Assembly: GCA_002269645.1 (NCBI GenBank)
Contig: NIVC01002241.1
Span: forward strand, 126,434-190,433
DNA from: Macrostomum lignano
Lineage: Eukaryota
DNA: 64,000 nucleotides
Reading direction: 5' to 3'
The notes below the pieces were generated by a model. It ran no database searches. It was not told the DNA's origin and saw nothing but the letters and a program-made list of their open reading frames with translations. The first letter of the stretch is position 1, and each line of letters begins with the position of its first letter. Below, piece by piece: positions 50,427-63,034 of the stretch. A program made the position numbers and the translations under genes.

Positions 50427-51732
50427 CTGCACAACGTGCGAGTGTGGGGGATTGAGTGAGCAATGCAAGTCAGTTAGAAACGCATACCTGAGTTGGCTTA
50501 AAATGTGAAATTTTACTGTAACCTAATTGGATTAGATATAAATATTTTTTTGCAATTTATATTTGATAATAAGCATCAATAATTTCAGATTTATTGGAAT
50601 TCTTGAGTTTTCAAAACTTCTATGCCTAGCAATATAAAAGGCAGGGCAAAGATTTTGTTATTCCATTTGATTTAGATTTTTTTGACTGATGAAAGCTAGT
50701 ATTCAAGCTCTCAATTTGGCATCCTACTCAGGCACTGTGATTCTGCAGCTTAAATAATGTGGCTTGTATGTAACTTTTTACATCAGTGGTAAATAGTATG
50801 TTCTGATAGTCTGGTAATATTGATAAGCACTAAGGCATGACATATACATGTAGCATTTGGGAATCAACTAATCATATAGAAATGACCAACTAAAAGAACT
50901 ATCTGAAGTGAGCAACTTAAAAACCTATTAGGGTATCTAATTATAAGAAATAATTATCTATTCAACCACAGAAATAATAAATAAAACTAAAGACAAAACA
51001 ATATAACTGGCAAGGGGCCCAGCCAATGTAAGTCACAAAAATGCCCACCTAAAAATAGATATAAAACTAATTAGATAACAAAACATTTAGCCTTAATAAT
51101 ATAGTCCCCTAGACAACCCACCTCACTTAACAACATATACAGGGTCTCCGCAACCTGGAAAAACCTGGAAATGCAAAGAAACCTGGAAAAACCTGGAAAC
51201 GCCCCAAAACAGAAGAAAAAACCTGGAAATACACCAATGTGGGAGGGGAAACCTGGAATTTATCATTCTTCCTATGATCTGTGTAATGTGAAACTGGAAA
51301 TAGACTATAATTTAGTAATGCATGCCATTATGCTATATGATGTGATAGAAACTTTGGTGTTAAAAATGCTGCTACCATGTCATAGTATGTTACAAATACA
51401 ACCTCTCCTGTATAGTTATATTCTTATTAAGTTGTATATTTATAGCAAAAGTCTTTTATTTTATACTTTTAATTTTGTTCTTCAGTTAGTATAATACAAG
51501 AAATAAATAATCTAGATTTAATCAATCTACAAGACTCTATAATTGTAATGTCTTGACATTTCTTCAGATAGATGAATTTAGTAGAAGCAGTTCATATTAT
51601 GTAATGAAGACAGTTTGTTTTATATAGTGTAGAGAATTGTATGAGGTTTACTTGAACCTGGTATTCTACGATCTACTAGCTTTCCTGAATTTTTCTTCTA
51701 GCACTGAGCACTGCGCTATCACAGTCCCGATC

Positions 51733-54170
51733 ATGTCAAGGTTCTTGGATGCTTGGCTGAATGCCATCTGTTTTCTACAATATGTAACCTTTTTAAAGAA
51801 GGCACCAGGGGATTCAGCTGCTGCTTTTTGTGCTGTCTGCAACAAAAAATTCAAGCTGAGCAACATGGGCAAAGCTGCAATTGATAGCCACATGCGCCAG
51901 TCAACACATGTAAAGAATGCCACTGCTGTGAGTTCCTAGTACAGTGTTTGTACAATGCTGTCATCATCTCAGCAGCAGTCACAGAAGCCCAAGGATGGTA
52001 TCAGCGACACTGTGGAACCATCTACAGCAACAGTTACGGTTCAAGAACAATTAGTAGCACTTCAGCAACCACAGCAATCTACTGTCCTTAAGTTGAACTA
52101 CTTCACTAGGGAGGCTGTCCTAAAGGCTGAAGTCACGTGGGCATTGTTTTGTGCTGAAAAAAAACTACACCATGCGTTTGGCTAATGGGCTGCCAGAAAC
52201 ATTTCAAGATATGTTTCCTGATAGTGAAATTGCTAAGCACTTTTCATTGTGCCGAGACAAGGTATGTAATTGTTATGTATTTTGTGTAATCATTTTTAAC
52301 CTAGTTAAAAATTAATGCAAAATTAAAGTTAAAAACCCTACTCTACATCCATTCCAACAGATTGGCTACATGCTGAAATTTGGACTCACTCCATTCTTCA
52401 AGCAAGAGCTGCGCTAGAACCTGGCTGCCTATACCGACATCGTAGTTTGCTATGATGAGGCTCTAAACAAGATTACACAAGAGTCAAATGGACATTCATG
52501 TTCGATTCTGGGATAACAAACGCCATCAGGTTCAATCCCAGTATCTTGGATCTGCTTTTTTAGGCTCAACCAAGGTGGAAAACCTGCTTGAAGCACTTGA
52601 GTCCATCTTAAAAAACCTGCCACTTTCATCCATACTACAAGTATCAATGGACAGTCCAAATGTAAATTTAAAGACTCTACGACTGCTGAAAGGCAAAATT
52701 TCTGCTATTCCTGAAAGCCTGGTTCCTGTCAAAGCTGGGACATGCGGCTTGCATACCCTCAGCCAAGCTTTTCAGTGTGGCCATGCTTCAACTTCATGGG
52801 AGCTCAACAGATTTTTGCAAAGCTTATACCCGCTTCTTAAGGACTGTCCAACACGTCGAACTGAGTACATTTCTCTCACGAAAGCTAACGACACCCAATT
52901 TCCACTGAAGCTTTGCCTTGTCTGCTGGCTAGAGAATTCTCCTATGGCTTCACGAGCAATTGCCATTCTGTCTAACCTTAAGATGTGGCTCCGGAAAGCA
53001 GCAGTGAGAAAAACATTTATTGTAATATCTTAATTATCTACAGTAGCCAAAACATATGTATGTTTAAACAGAATTGGAGCTGTCAAAACGCTTTAAATTT
53101 AAGGTCAAAGGCGAAGGAAGTCAACTGATGGGCGAGATTTGCGATGCGTGCAAGGATCCGCTTCTTTCAACTAAGCTCCAATTCTTCCGCAGTGTTTTGC
53201 TGCTTCTTGAGCCATTCTTACTCGAATTTCAGACAAAGAAGCCAATGTTTGTCTTTCTCTATGAGAAGCTAAGCGTCATCGTTCTTACTGTTGGTCACTT
53301 TTTTTGAAGCCTGAGGTAAGTAGGTAATTCAATGCAGCCAACTGACTTCAACTGTAGTTCCATAGTATATATATTGTCTTATTATTTTACACAACAGATT
53401 GTCACCAAGGCTTCCATGTTGGATCTGGCGAATTTGGAACTCGATAAGGCTGCTTTGCCAGCAAAGTTAATTGACATTAGATTCGCCACACAAAAAGAAT
53501 TGGGTGTTGCTCTCGCTGAGAAGACAATTTCAGAGCAGGACAAACTGAAATTCCTTTTGGAATGCAAGCAGTTCTACTGCAAGTTGATTGAAAAACTTCT
53601 AGAGAAGTTGCCTCTTCGATATCCAATTGTTTGCGGAGCTAGCTCTCTCTCGCCAACACTCATTTGCAGCTCTCCAGAAGTCAGCCAACAGTGCTTTCGG
53701 ATGCTACTTATGGACCTATGGACTGTTATGGACTGTTCAGAGAACAATGGCCGCATTAATGCCATGAGTGAGCAAGTAGACACGCTCTACTGGAACCTGC
53801 TTGCTGGTGCAGAAGCCACTGCAAGTGTGCTTCACGGCTTGCAGCTAGCAGCCAGGGATGCGCTCTGGAAGCCAATAAGCATGGCAATGCCATTATTGAA
53901 AGTGGATTTTCTGTGAACAAGGACTTGCTGGTGCCTAACCTCCTGCAGGATTCTTTGGTGTCCTGCGCCAAGTCCAGGATGCTATAACAGTAGCTGGTGG
54001 CCGCAAGAACATCTTACTCTCCAAAAATCTCCTATCTAGTGTCAGAATGGCCAGGCAGCGTTACCGTGATGCCTTGGAGAAAAAACGAGATGAGGAGAAA
54101 TTGAACACAGTGGTCACCATATCCCAGAATAGAAAAGCGACTGACGAGATTTTCTGAATCAAACAGGAGC
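51733..54170 (+). pseudogene. hAT-like transposase with spliceosomal introns (frameshifts and stops)
   Basis: BED-like finger FCAVCNKKF...SHMRQSTH; core YDEALN..QMDIHVRFWD, QVSMDSPNVN, GTCGLH, FPLKLC; C-terminal SHGNAIIESGFSVNK. Intron junctions at 52262-52360 and ~53314-53397. Confidence 0.78.
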
Positions 54171-55007
54171 TTGAAGCTAAGCGACGTGCTCTTTGGCTGA
54201 AGAGACAGAGGCCAGTGTTGCCACTGAGCATTGTGACAAAAAAATGCTGACAGAAAAAAATAACACAGGGCTTAACACAATGATTAATAACAACAATAAC
54301 AGTTGAAGACCAACCCCACCTAGAAATACCAAAGTGATAATTAACCAATAAAGAGACTGAATAACAATTGGAATGACAACTCCTTTTCAATGTTCAATAG
54401 CGTAGCAGTCATAGTATGAGCGTAGTGAGTAGTCATTTTTTTTCTTTTTTGGAACATTCGGGAACGAACAAGCAAAGCATGCTCTGCCTGTCCTTTCAAT
54501 CTGGCAGCTTCCTCGGCTGTGCATTGGATGACATTGTCCATGGCACGCTGTTTGATTACCAGCCAATCCTATGCAAATTGTGTCAGGTGCATGGCAATGT
54601 CCTGGTCTTTCCCTTGCGCCTTGCACAACCTCTCAATCGCTAGCTGAACTTCTCTTTTTACAGTCAGAATTATTCATTGAAAAAACATAGGAAAAAGGAA
54701 TTCAGCAAATAAAAACACAAAATGCCAAAAAAACGCCAGTGTTAAAAAACGCCAAGAGTGGCAACACTGACAGAGGCGCTTGCTTGTGTCGAGGAGTTGC
54801 ACACAAGGCTCGCCTAAGTACATTTGGCAACTGACGACAGTTAGTTACAAGTACTTAAAAAGCTCATAATTATTTGCTGAACATTGGCAGAGTGTTTACT
54901 GTCATGCATATTTTGCTTTATTTTCACTTCCATAAATGTCCCATTTTATGTTCTATTTTATGAGTTTCAGTTTCATTCAATGTTAGTCTTGTAGTTTTAA
55001 TGGACGG

Positions 55008-58000
55008 CACGGTGCTACCATAGTCGGAAAATTGCTAAAAAAATTCACTGGAAAAGTTATTTGTCACAATTGATACTTGAATTAGTAAGGATTCCTTAGA
55101 AGAAAAAATAAAAATCATAGTTGTTTGTTTTAGCTCAGAAAGTGCTTTTTTCAGTTTTTACTATAGACGAATTAATAAAAAAGCGAAGTATCACCATACT
55201 GTTTAGAAATCAATTCGATTGAGTCCAGGATTAAAGGCAAGCATTAAAAAACATGTTACTGATATTCATCAATGATTGGTTAATGCCTAAAAGCTACACA
55301 TTTGACTTGGATAGGCCTACCACAAGAGAGTCTTAAGGCCCATTCACACCGCTTTCAAACGAGACCAAATTTCAAGTGATCACACGACATGTGCATAGTT
55401 TTTCATCCCTTTGTACGTAAGTCATGTGAGTTGGTTGCTTGTTTGATGGTGTTGTGAATGAGCCTTTATACTCATACTCACTTTGTTCAGATGAGTCACT
55501 AGTTCAGATCTACCCAGCCCGCCCAGACCCAAAGCTTTACCCTCAGCCAATCCCTCCACCATTCTACATACGTAGGTAAGCACTTGTACACTGTGGCTTG
55601 CTCTCTCTCTTCCTGAGCTGTACATACAAAGTATGATATAGTACATTGGTATGCGCTCTTTGCACCAAGCACTCGCCGAACCACCCTCAGTCTTGTAATG
55701 CCATCGTGCTCATTTATGTTTTTCATCAATATAAACGTCAAACCTCAAACATAAGGAGGTCCCTTTTGAAGAGGTTTTGTTGTTCAACTCTGTTTAAAAG
55801 TGTTTCATCTAAACATTTAGTTGCAACGATTGTGCTTGCGTGTACACAGTTTTTATCATGCCACTGTCACACAAAGATTGCCCCAATTGGATCTGCATTT
55901 TGTGCTTTTCGAAGGCAAAAGAGTTGTGATCCGTTACGCCCTGGATGCTGGCCATTATCAATTGGCACAGTGGCTGGCTCTACGATCTGCACAATAATCG
56001 CGTTCCCAAGGCAATTTGTGGCACGTGCAGATTTGCTCTGCAGGGGCTGGAGAAGGGCCAACGGGCTGATGTGCCACCGATGTATGACTTCAGGGACGTG
56101 CAGCCACTGCTGGTGACTCGATCAGTGGGCCAAAATGGATGCAACTGTAAGATCTGCAGCACTACCAGATGCTGAGTTTATCCTCCAGAAGCCAACGTCC
56201 CAAAGCGGTCTGTTGGGCAGCTGAGTTTGACGGCGGACGAGGCTACAATGCCCAAGCCCAAAATGGTCAAGGTCTGCTCCTTCTGCATTAGTCCTATTGG
56301 CAGGGGCAAGCCGTACACATGCAACAGACCCACAAGACTGCAGAATGCGCATGCATTGTTGCAGGAAGCATCCCCGGAATTCCCAGAGCGGCTTGCCACA
56401 AAAATTGTGCAGCAGAAACTTATTACTTCAGGCTCCGGAGACACAGCCTTGGGCATCACCGTGCTGGCATCCAACGCTGGACCCTCAATGAGGCTGGCCG
56501 TGAATCCGCCACCTCTGAAGCCAACAGCGGTCTTCACGGTGGATAATATGCGTCATCTGCAAGGTGAGCTGGGCCTCAGTTCACGCAAAATGGAGGTTGT
56601 ACTTCGAAATCTTTGGTCTTCGATTGGCGCCTCAGCTGTCCAGAGCAACATCCGGCAGACATTGAGGGAGATGGATCACGAACTAGATGACCTTTTCCAA
56701 GTGAAGCAGCTGGCGTTTATCCAAGAAGAGAGGGGAAGGCAGACTCCAGCTGAGCAGTGGGCTGTTGTCTGCACTGATGTGGTCGAGCTCCTGGGCCGCA
56801 TGATTGCAAACCGCCGGCTGATGGATGTTGCTTCCACAGTCGTCAGAATTGGAATTGATGGTGGAGGTGGGTTCTTGAAGCTCTCGATATCCATTTATGA
56901 CCTGTGCATGTGTGCTGGTGAGGAGCAACAGAAGGGGGCTGATTGCCGATTCCTTGACACTGGCGTGCATCGGGCTGTCATCCTTGGCATTGCTCCCAAC
57001 ATGCAGGAGAACCACAGGAACCTGGAGTGTCTCTGGGAGAGCTGCCGCCTGCAGCTTCTGTCGGTGAACATCAGCATCGCATGCGACCTGAAGCTTGCCA
57101 ACATCCTGCTCGGCTTGATGGCCCACAGCAGCTCGCATCCCTGCACCTGGTGCAACGTCAATAAAGGGAGCCTTGACAGCAGCGGCGAGCCAAGGACCTT
57201 TCGCAGCCTCATTGAGAAATACCAGGCCTACCTGGCTGCTGGTGGTGAATGCCAACTAGCTAAGCACTTTGATAACGTCGTCCAGCCCAGCATCTTTTCC
57301 ACTGGAGTTGAAGTCCCGGTGTTGCACATTGTCCCTCCCCCAGAGCTGCACCTGCTGACCGGTGCAGTCCATGTGCTATAAGAGGGTCTGCATGGTGTGT
57401 GGCCCAAGAGCGAAGCTTGGCTTACAGCTTGCAATGTCCAACGTGACAAGCATCACGGTGGCAGCTTTACTGGCAATGCGAGCCACAAGTTGCTGCGCAA
57501 TGTGGACCTACTAGAAGCGATGTGCCTGATGGCAGCGCTGCCGTTTGTTGCCGCCCTTCGAGCGTTGAACTCAGTTGTGGTGTCATGCTTCGGGAGTGAG
57601 CTGCGTCCTAATTTCAAGCTGGCAATTCAGGAATTTCGCACCAGTTATGCCGATCTTGGCATTTCCATCAGTCCAAAAATCCACGCAATTTTCCACCACG
57701 TCGGTGACTTCTGCCGCGCCAAGGACAAAACAGGCCTGGGGCCATGGAGCAAACAATGCATGGAGTCGATGCACAGGGACTTCCTCCTGCATTGGGAGAG
57801 ATACAAGGTGGCGAGCACGCATCCTCTCTTCGCTGAAAGGCTCCTGGCAGCTGTGCGGTGTTACAACAGTCACCATTTGTGAGCGTTTTGTGGAAAGTGC
57901 AAATCTGGAACTGCAACAGTTGAACTGCAATGCAAGTATTAGACAGTTATGAAGTCAGAAAATTTAGTAGCACAATTTTTCGACCCACTCAGTTATTGTA

Positions 58001-58608
58001 GTCAAAGCCTCCAGGAAAATCAACCCGCTAAATGTCCCCTTTGAAGTCTATATATTAAATTGCAGTTGTAACGATTCTAATTTGAATTGTAAGGTAATAC
58101 AAAACCTTGTACGATAGGGGTGCTTTCACAAACCCAAAATTTCATAGCATCAAGAACATATTCACATGGTTTGGGGTTAGATATTAAGGTGAAAGAATAT
58201 AAAGAATAATTTTTATGTTGTACAATTTGGGGTTTGTGAAACGCTGCTGCTTTGAGTTGTTTTGCTTCATGTAAGACAGTGTGCTAAGCTTCAAGTAGAT
58301 TTAAAACGTGCATACAATACAATATTCATGGACTTGCTGAAAAAAATTGTGAATTTGTTTCGATTTAAATTGTAATAACTCTTCTTTAATACGCATATTG
58401 ACAACAATTTGAAAGAATTCAATTACAATGCAATAAATTTCCAATATAATCTATGGTAAAAACAGAAAATTGTTTTTTTGAGCTAAAACAAACAAGTACA
58501 ATTTAAATTTTTTCTTCCATGGAATCCTTAATAACTTGATTGTTGACTGTGACAAATAACTTTTCCGGTGAATTTTTTAAGCAATTTTCCGCCTATGGTA
58601 GCACTGTG
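55008..58608 (+). mobile_element. Chapaev/Transib-type (CMC, RAG1-related) DNA transposon, ~130-bp TIRs, 4-bp TSD ACGG
   Basis: Left end CACGGTGCTACCATAG; right end (reverse complement) CACAGTGCTACCATAG. ACGG lies at 55004-55007 and 58609-58612. Confidence 0.82.
55858..57882 (+). pseudogene. RAG1-core-like Chapaev/Transib transposase, single frame of 674 codons with 3 premature stops
   Basis: N-terminal Cys/His motifs (H..C....CILC, ICGTC, CNCKIC, CSFC); core GIDGGGGFLK, ACDLK..LLGL...HPCTWC, PPPELHLLTG, FTGNASHKLL, KIHAIFHHV, WSKQCMESMH. Stops at 55927, 56173 and 57379; no frameshifts. Confidence 0.82.
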
Positions 58609-58956
58609 ACGGCTCATTGACAATAGACTATATATTTTACCCATTTTTTACTTTCCATTTCATTTTTCACGTTTTATTTTATAAAGCTTCACCAGGTAGC
58701 AACCTGGAGCTTTACTTATTTGAACCTGGAAAAACCTAGAAAAAACCTGCAAATTGATATTGAATTTTGCGTGGACACCCTGCATATAACAATATAGTTA
58801 CTCCTGCTATTTTCCAAAAATCATGTTAATTTTGCTTAGGTTTCTTTAATAGGTAAGTTAAATTTGTTTGCTAGAGTTAATCAGGAGGGTTGTGTGATGT
58901 ATATTTGTAACAATGCCTAAAACATTATGTAGCATATTAAAAGTTGTTTTTAAACC

Positions 58957-59131
58957 ATACATGCACAACCTTGGGAATCACCTGGCCATTTCTATTGGCA
59001 ACACACACATGTAAGTTGCTATTGGCTGAGAGCAGTCATGTGACTACTATTCTGTCCAATAGCAACTTACATGTATGTGTGTTGCCAATAGAAATGGCTG
59101 GTTGAATCCCTAGATTGCACCCAAGCATGTT
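58957..59131. mobile_element. Palindromic ~175-bp MITE (CpG-depleted copy)
   Basis: CATGCACAACCTTGGGAATCACCTGGCCATTTCTATTGGCAAC...GTTGCCAATAGAAATGGCTGG...CACCCAAGCATG. Confidence 0.72.
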
Positions 59132-60216
59132 TTAAACTAAGCACAACAAAGTGAATGCATTGAACAAAGTAAATACAATGATAATTTGTTAACATTTTAG
59201 GTATATTTTATGAATTAATAAAAATATTGGTTAAGAATTAAAAAATCTTATTTTATTGGCTTTGTATTCTATGACTTATTATGTAGAAACTTATTATTTT
59301 TTGCAAGTGTCTGTTTTTTTTTCAAAAAAGCCATTTATATAAAAAATGGTATAGTTTATTACTATTTCAATGAAAACCAGATAAATATTTTAAAGTTTTT
59401 TGACAAAGTATTTTTTCTTTTCTAGCTTATATTTGCTTTTTATCTTGAATAAAATTCTATTTGTCTTAAGACAAGCACTGATCTTATTGGCATAGGTGCC
59501 ACACAGAATGATAGACAACTCTATTTTCTTTTTTATCAGTATAATACTGATAAAAGTATAAAGTACTGATAAAGTATAAATTTTTATATAGTATAATACT
59601 GTATAATAGTTCTAATAGTTTACTTGTTTTTATGTTTCTAGAAAACTCTATTTTAAATCTGCATTAATAACAATCTTTTATCCTTTGTTTAAATGTTGTG
59701 AGCTATAAAATTATTTTTTGTTTGAAATGATAAGAAATCTTATTATAAATAGGAGCCCAGAAGAGGCCAATAAAAATAAATTGTGATAACTTGTTTCCTT
59801 TGTGTTACAGTTCTGCGAGCTAAATAACTTGCTCTGAATATATTTGTTCCTATATTAAATCACTAGATTGCAGTATTCAAAGGCCTTACTTATTTTCTAG
59901 AGTATTAAGCCCCTCATTAGGAGTATCAAAAACCACTAAAAGCGAGAATTGCCTTAGGGCAGGAAAAATGCATAAGGCTATGACCATCTGATCAAGGGAA
60001 CACCCAAGACTGAGAGAAAACTTATAGGAATAAATAGAGTAAACAGTGCCATTAGACCACTCAGGCCAAAGAATACAGTACATGTACAGATGCTACCAAT
60101 AAGATAAGTAGACGCTACCGATATAGAAGTAGATAGAGAAGTAGTCATGCTACCTTTTGATAGGCCTAGGATTCATTTCAGCATAGGCATGCTATGATCC
60201 TGACTAGGGCCTATGG

Positions 60217-60960
60217 TAGTGATGGATTGAAATTATTTTTCAAATCGAAATTGAAATCAAAATTTTTGGTTCTTTAGAATCAAAATTGAAATTAAAATTG
60301 AAATTTTTGAGCTTAACAAATTTTTAATTTTTCACTAATCATGCAAAAAGGTTAATACCTTGCCTTTGCATGTATGAGCTTACATGTTTTATAAAAAGTA
60401 TCTTTGATATGTTTAAACCAGAATACTTAAGATTTAACTTCTTTAAAAATATGAAATAGAAAATGCTGGTGTATTATGTATTATAGACTCGTACATAAAA
60501 ATATAGTAGAAGTTGTATTATACTATAACACTGTTTAAGCTGAAGATCTAGATACGAGTAGGCCCCCTAGCCTATGGCTATATCCATTTCATTAAGGCTT
60601 TATAAGTCTTTAGCCAATTAAAATCCACGCCGATAGTTCAGCCAGTGGGCTTGTGGAGGTTGAAGTGGGTGTAGTAAAAGGCCTTGAACAGTATGTGCCC
60701 TGCACAATCTTTTCTTGTAGAAAATACAATTCTCACCTCCCCACTGAATCTTTGAACCGCACTTCCTTTTACTTCCTATAGATTTTCTTACTTGTGTAGC
60801 ATGATCATCAATGTCTAAATTGTTAAAATATAACCAAAATTTCGAAATGATTTTTGATGAATGGTGTCAAAATTCGAAATTGAAATTGAAATTATTTTGA
60901 TGCAAAATTAGTTTTGAAATTCGAATATCAAAATTGAAATTGAATTTTGATCCATCACTG
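60217..60960. mobile_element. hAT-type MITE with (GAAATT)n subterminal repeats
   Basis: TAGTGATGGAT...ATCCATCACTG; flanks GCCTATGG / GCCTAGGC give a 6/8 TSD match. Confidence 0.55.
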
Positions 60961-61277
60961 GCCTAGGCCTATGGCTTTTAACAACTAGAGTCAAAATTTT
61001 CACCAATTTTAAGTGTTTCTACAACTTAAAGTTTTTATGAAACTTATAATACTTACAATTTAGATTACAAGTTGTATGTTTGAAAACAAACTAGGCCTAG
61101 GTAGGATAGCCTAATCAATGTATGCAAGTCTGAAATATATCTATAAATAAATAAATAAAACTCGTTATTTATGTTTCTATTTATAAAATGATTATTAAGT
61201 TTACAAGGTTAAGTGTAAAAATACCTAATGATCAAATTATCATGTCTAACATTCGACAATTAAAGATTGTGGCTTAC

Positions 61278-61350
61278 CACAGAAAACCATAGCAGCCGAG
61301 GCACCCATAACACCAAAGAACGGTGTGTACAAAGGATCGTTGATGGTCAT
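61278..61350 (-). CDS. ATP6V0C: V-ATPase subunit c, coding exon 1
   Basis: MTINDPLYTPFFGVMGASAAMVFC G|GTAAG; phase 1 matches exon 2. The intron is 10.85 kb. Confidence 0.93.
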
Positions 61351-62606
61351 TTTAGCTTAGCGATCAAATTTAATATAAATTGGTAATAAAAGCAAAACCC
61401 GTAGGTCTCTTCTGTGCAAACGGACGAGAAAAGTATATTAGAAACTAAGCTTTTTAAAATTTGGATGCGGACTGCGTGTAAAATTTAGCTGACGAATTCC
61501 GTTTTAAAAGTGTGCACAAATCCAACTGCTCGTGTCGTTACAAAAGCGTTACAAAAACATTTAGAAAGAAATGTTTTGTGACGATAATGCACAGATACTA
61601 AAATAACTAGATGAGCCACTCAGCATATATACTTAGCAAAACAGCTTTCTACCTTCAGTTCAGCAGAAAGGAAGAATATAAAAGTTATTTTATAAAAATA
61701 AAGCCAGCTGAAACGACTTTGATAAGTTTAGAAGCAAGGACTTCTAGACTAACTCTAGTTCTAACTCTAGATTAACTTCTAGTCTAGAAGTCCTTGTTTT
61801 AGCTTCCTAGGACCCATTATTTATATACCAAAGATCACTGTTGTACTATTCTCATAGTGTACAGTAAAGTGAATTATACGTCGCGTGTGGTCCCTAAAAT
61901 GTACTTATGTACATATAATGTACATGCATACATCTCACCGATTATGAAGCACCGCACGGAGATATATCTATAGGCCTCAGTGACAAGATCAGATACACGT
62001 AACTGCATACATCTACGCGCTCGTATGTTTATTCGGCTCTGTGAGCGATATGCCGATATCACATACGTAGTATATGCATATATATAATATACTGTATAGA
62101 ACATCACGATCAATCTTCTGTGTTCACGAATCTTTTGAGTCTTGTACTACGCTTCTGACATTACGGATTAAATCTCGATTTAAGAAATATTCTGATTTGC
62201 GTTGTTAAGAATTGCTATAAAAAACTTTCACTGTGGCTCCAAACTACTCACATGAGTACAGTAAACATTTACAAAGTATAATTTCAGTATTTGTTCAGCG
62301 AGAAATAAATCCGACAATTTCGGCGGTTTCAGACATATCATGAAATAATAAATTAATATTTATTCCAAGTGATGGCAACAACTTTATACGGCTTATTAAT
62401 AATGACCATGATATGACTATTATGAAGGAAAACAGACAGATTAGTTAAATAAAACGTCAACAATATATGCCATTAATTAAAAATGCCTGCTTATACATGT
62501 AGCAGTCTGAAATGAAGGGCCGTACGCCTGTCTATAGTTGTGGATAAAGCCCGATAAAACTGAATGCCGGATGGTTATACAGTAGCTAAGGGCGACCGAT
62601 CAAGAG

Positions 62607-62970
62607 CTACGCGTAGTATTCCCTGGTCGGGGCTCGCCTGTACCCGTTGTGCATTACGGCGGCAGAGGCGGCGCCTCCGCCCCAGCTTTTGCCGGCCGAA
62701 GCCGCCGGTCCCAGCGCGTAGGAGCCCTCGTCGGCTTTGCGAATCCGGTGGACGCAGAACAGCGCCAGGATCAGCAGCAGCACGGCGGCCCGGCAACTCC
62801 GGCTACCGCGGCTGCCAGGAGGCCTGGTGAGGCCAGCAGCTGCCCGCTGCTGTTGGAGTTCAGCGGCAAGCCGCTGCTGACTGTTTCCGCTGACGAGTAG
62901 GTGGCCGCGAATGCCGGAGCCGCGGTGCCAGCGACGGCCACGGCGGCGGCGGGGTCAGATAAGGTCATGC
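62607..62970 (-). CDS. SDC: Syndecan, terminal exon (TM plus cytoplasmic tail), apparent 1-nt deletion near 62790
   Basis: CCGCAG|GC ATG...GLLAAAVAGVA[frameshift]AAVLLLILALFCVHRIRKADEGSYALG...GYRRAPTREYYA-stop. The C1 (DEGSY) and C2 (EF/YYA) motifs are present. Confidence 0.86.
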
Positions 62971-63034
62971 CTGCGGAGCCAGGGGATTTGGGATTATATC
63001 GGAGTTTATTTGGGATGCCTTGACAAAAAACATT

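Larger units (their letters stand above)
51140..58782 (+). mobile_element. hAT-like DNA transposon with 6-bp TSD (CATATA), containing a nested element
   Basis: Ends CAGGGTCTCCGC / GCGTGGACACCCTG. CATATA flanks both sides (51134-51139 and 58783-58788). AAACCTGGAAA subterminal repeats occur at both ends. Confidence 0.78.

Noticed and set aside
55150-55850. Possible RAG2-like kelch gene inside the RAG1-like element (LWVWAGW on the minus strand)
   Set aside because: It is too short, has no repeated GG kelch motifs, and is in the wrong position for convergent RAG2L. The + strand has splice signals consistent with 5' UTR exons.
55927-57381. Stop-codon readthrough or a variant genetic code to explain in-frame stops in the transposase
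   Set aside because: Host genes in the window use TGA, TAA and TAG as normal stops. Point mutation is the simpler explanation.
61350-62607. Operon/SL trans-splicing link between syndecan and V-ATPase c (same strand, ~1.25 kb apart)
   Set aside because: Spacing alone is not evidence, and there is no clear outron acceptor before the ATG.
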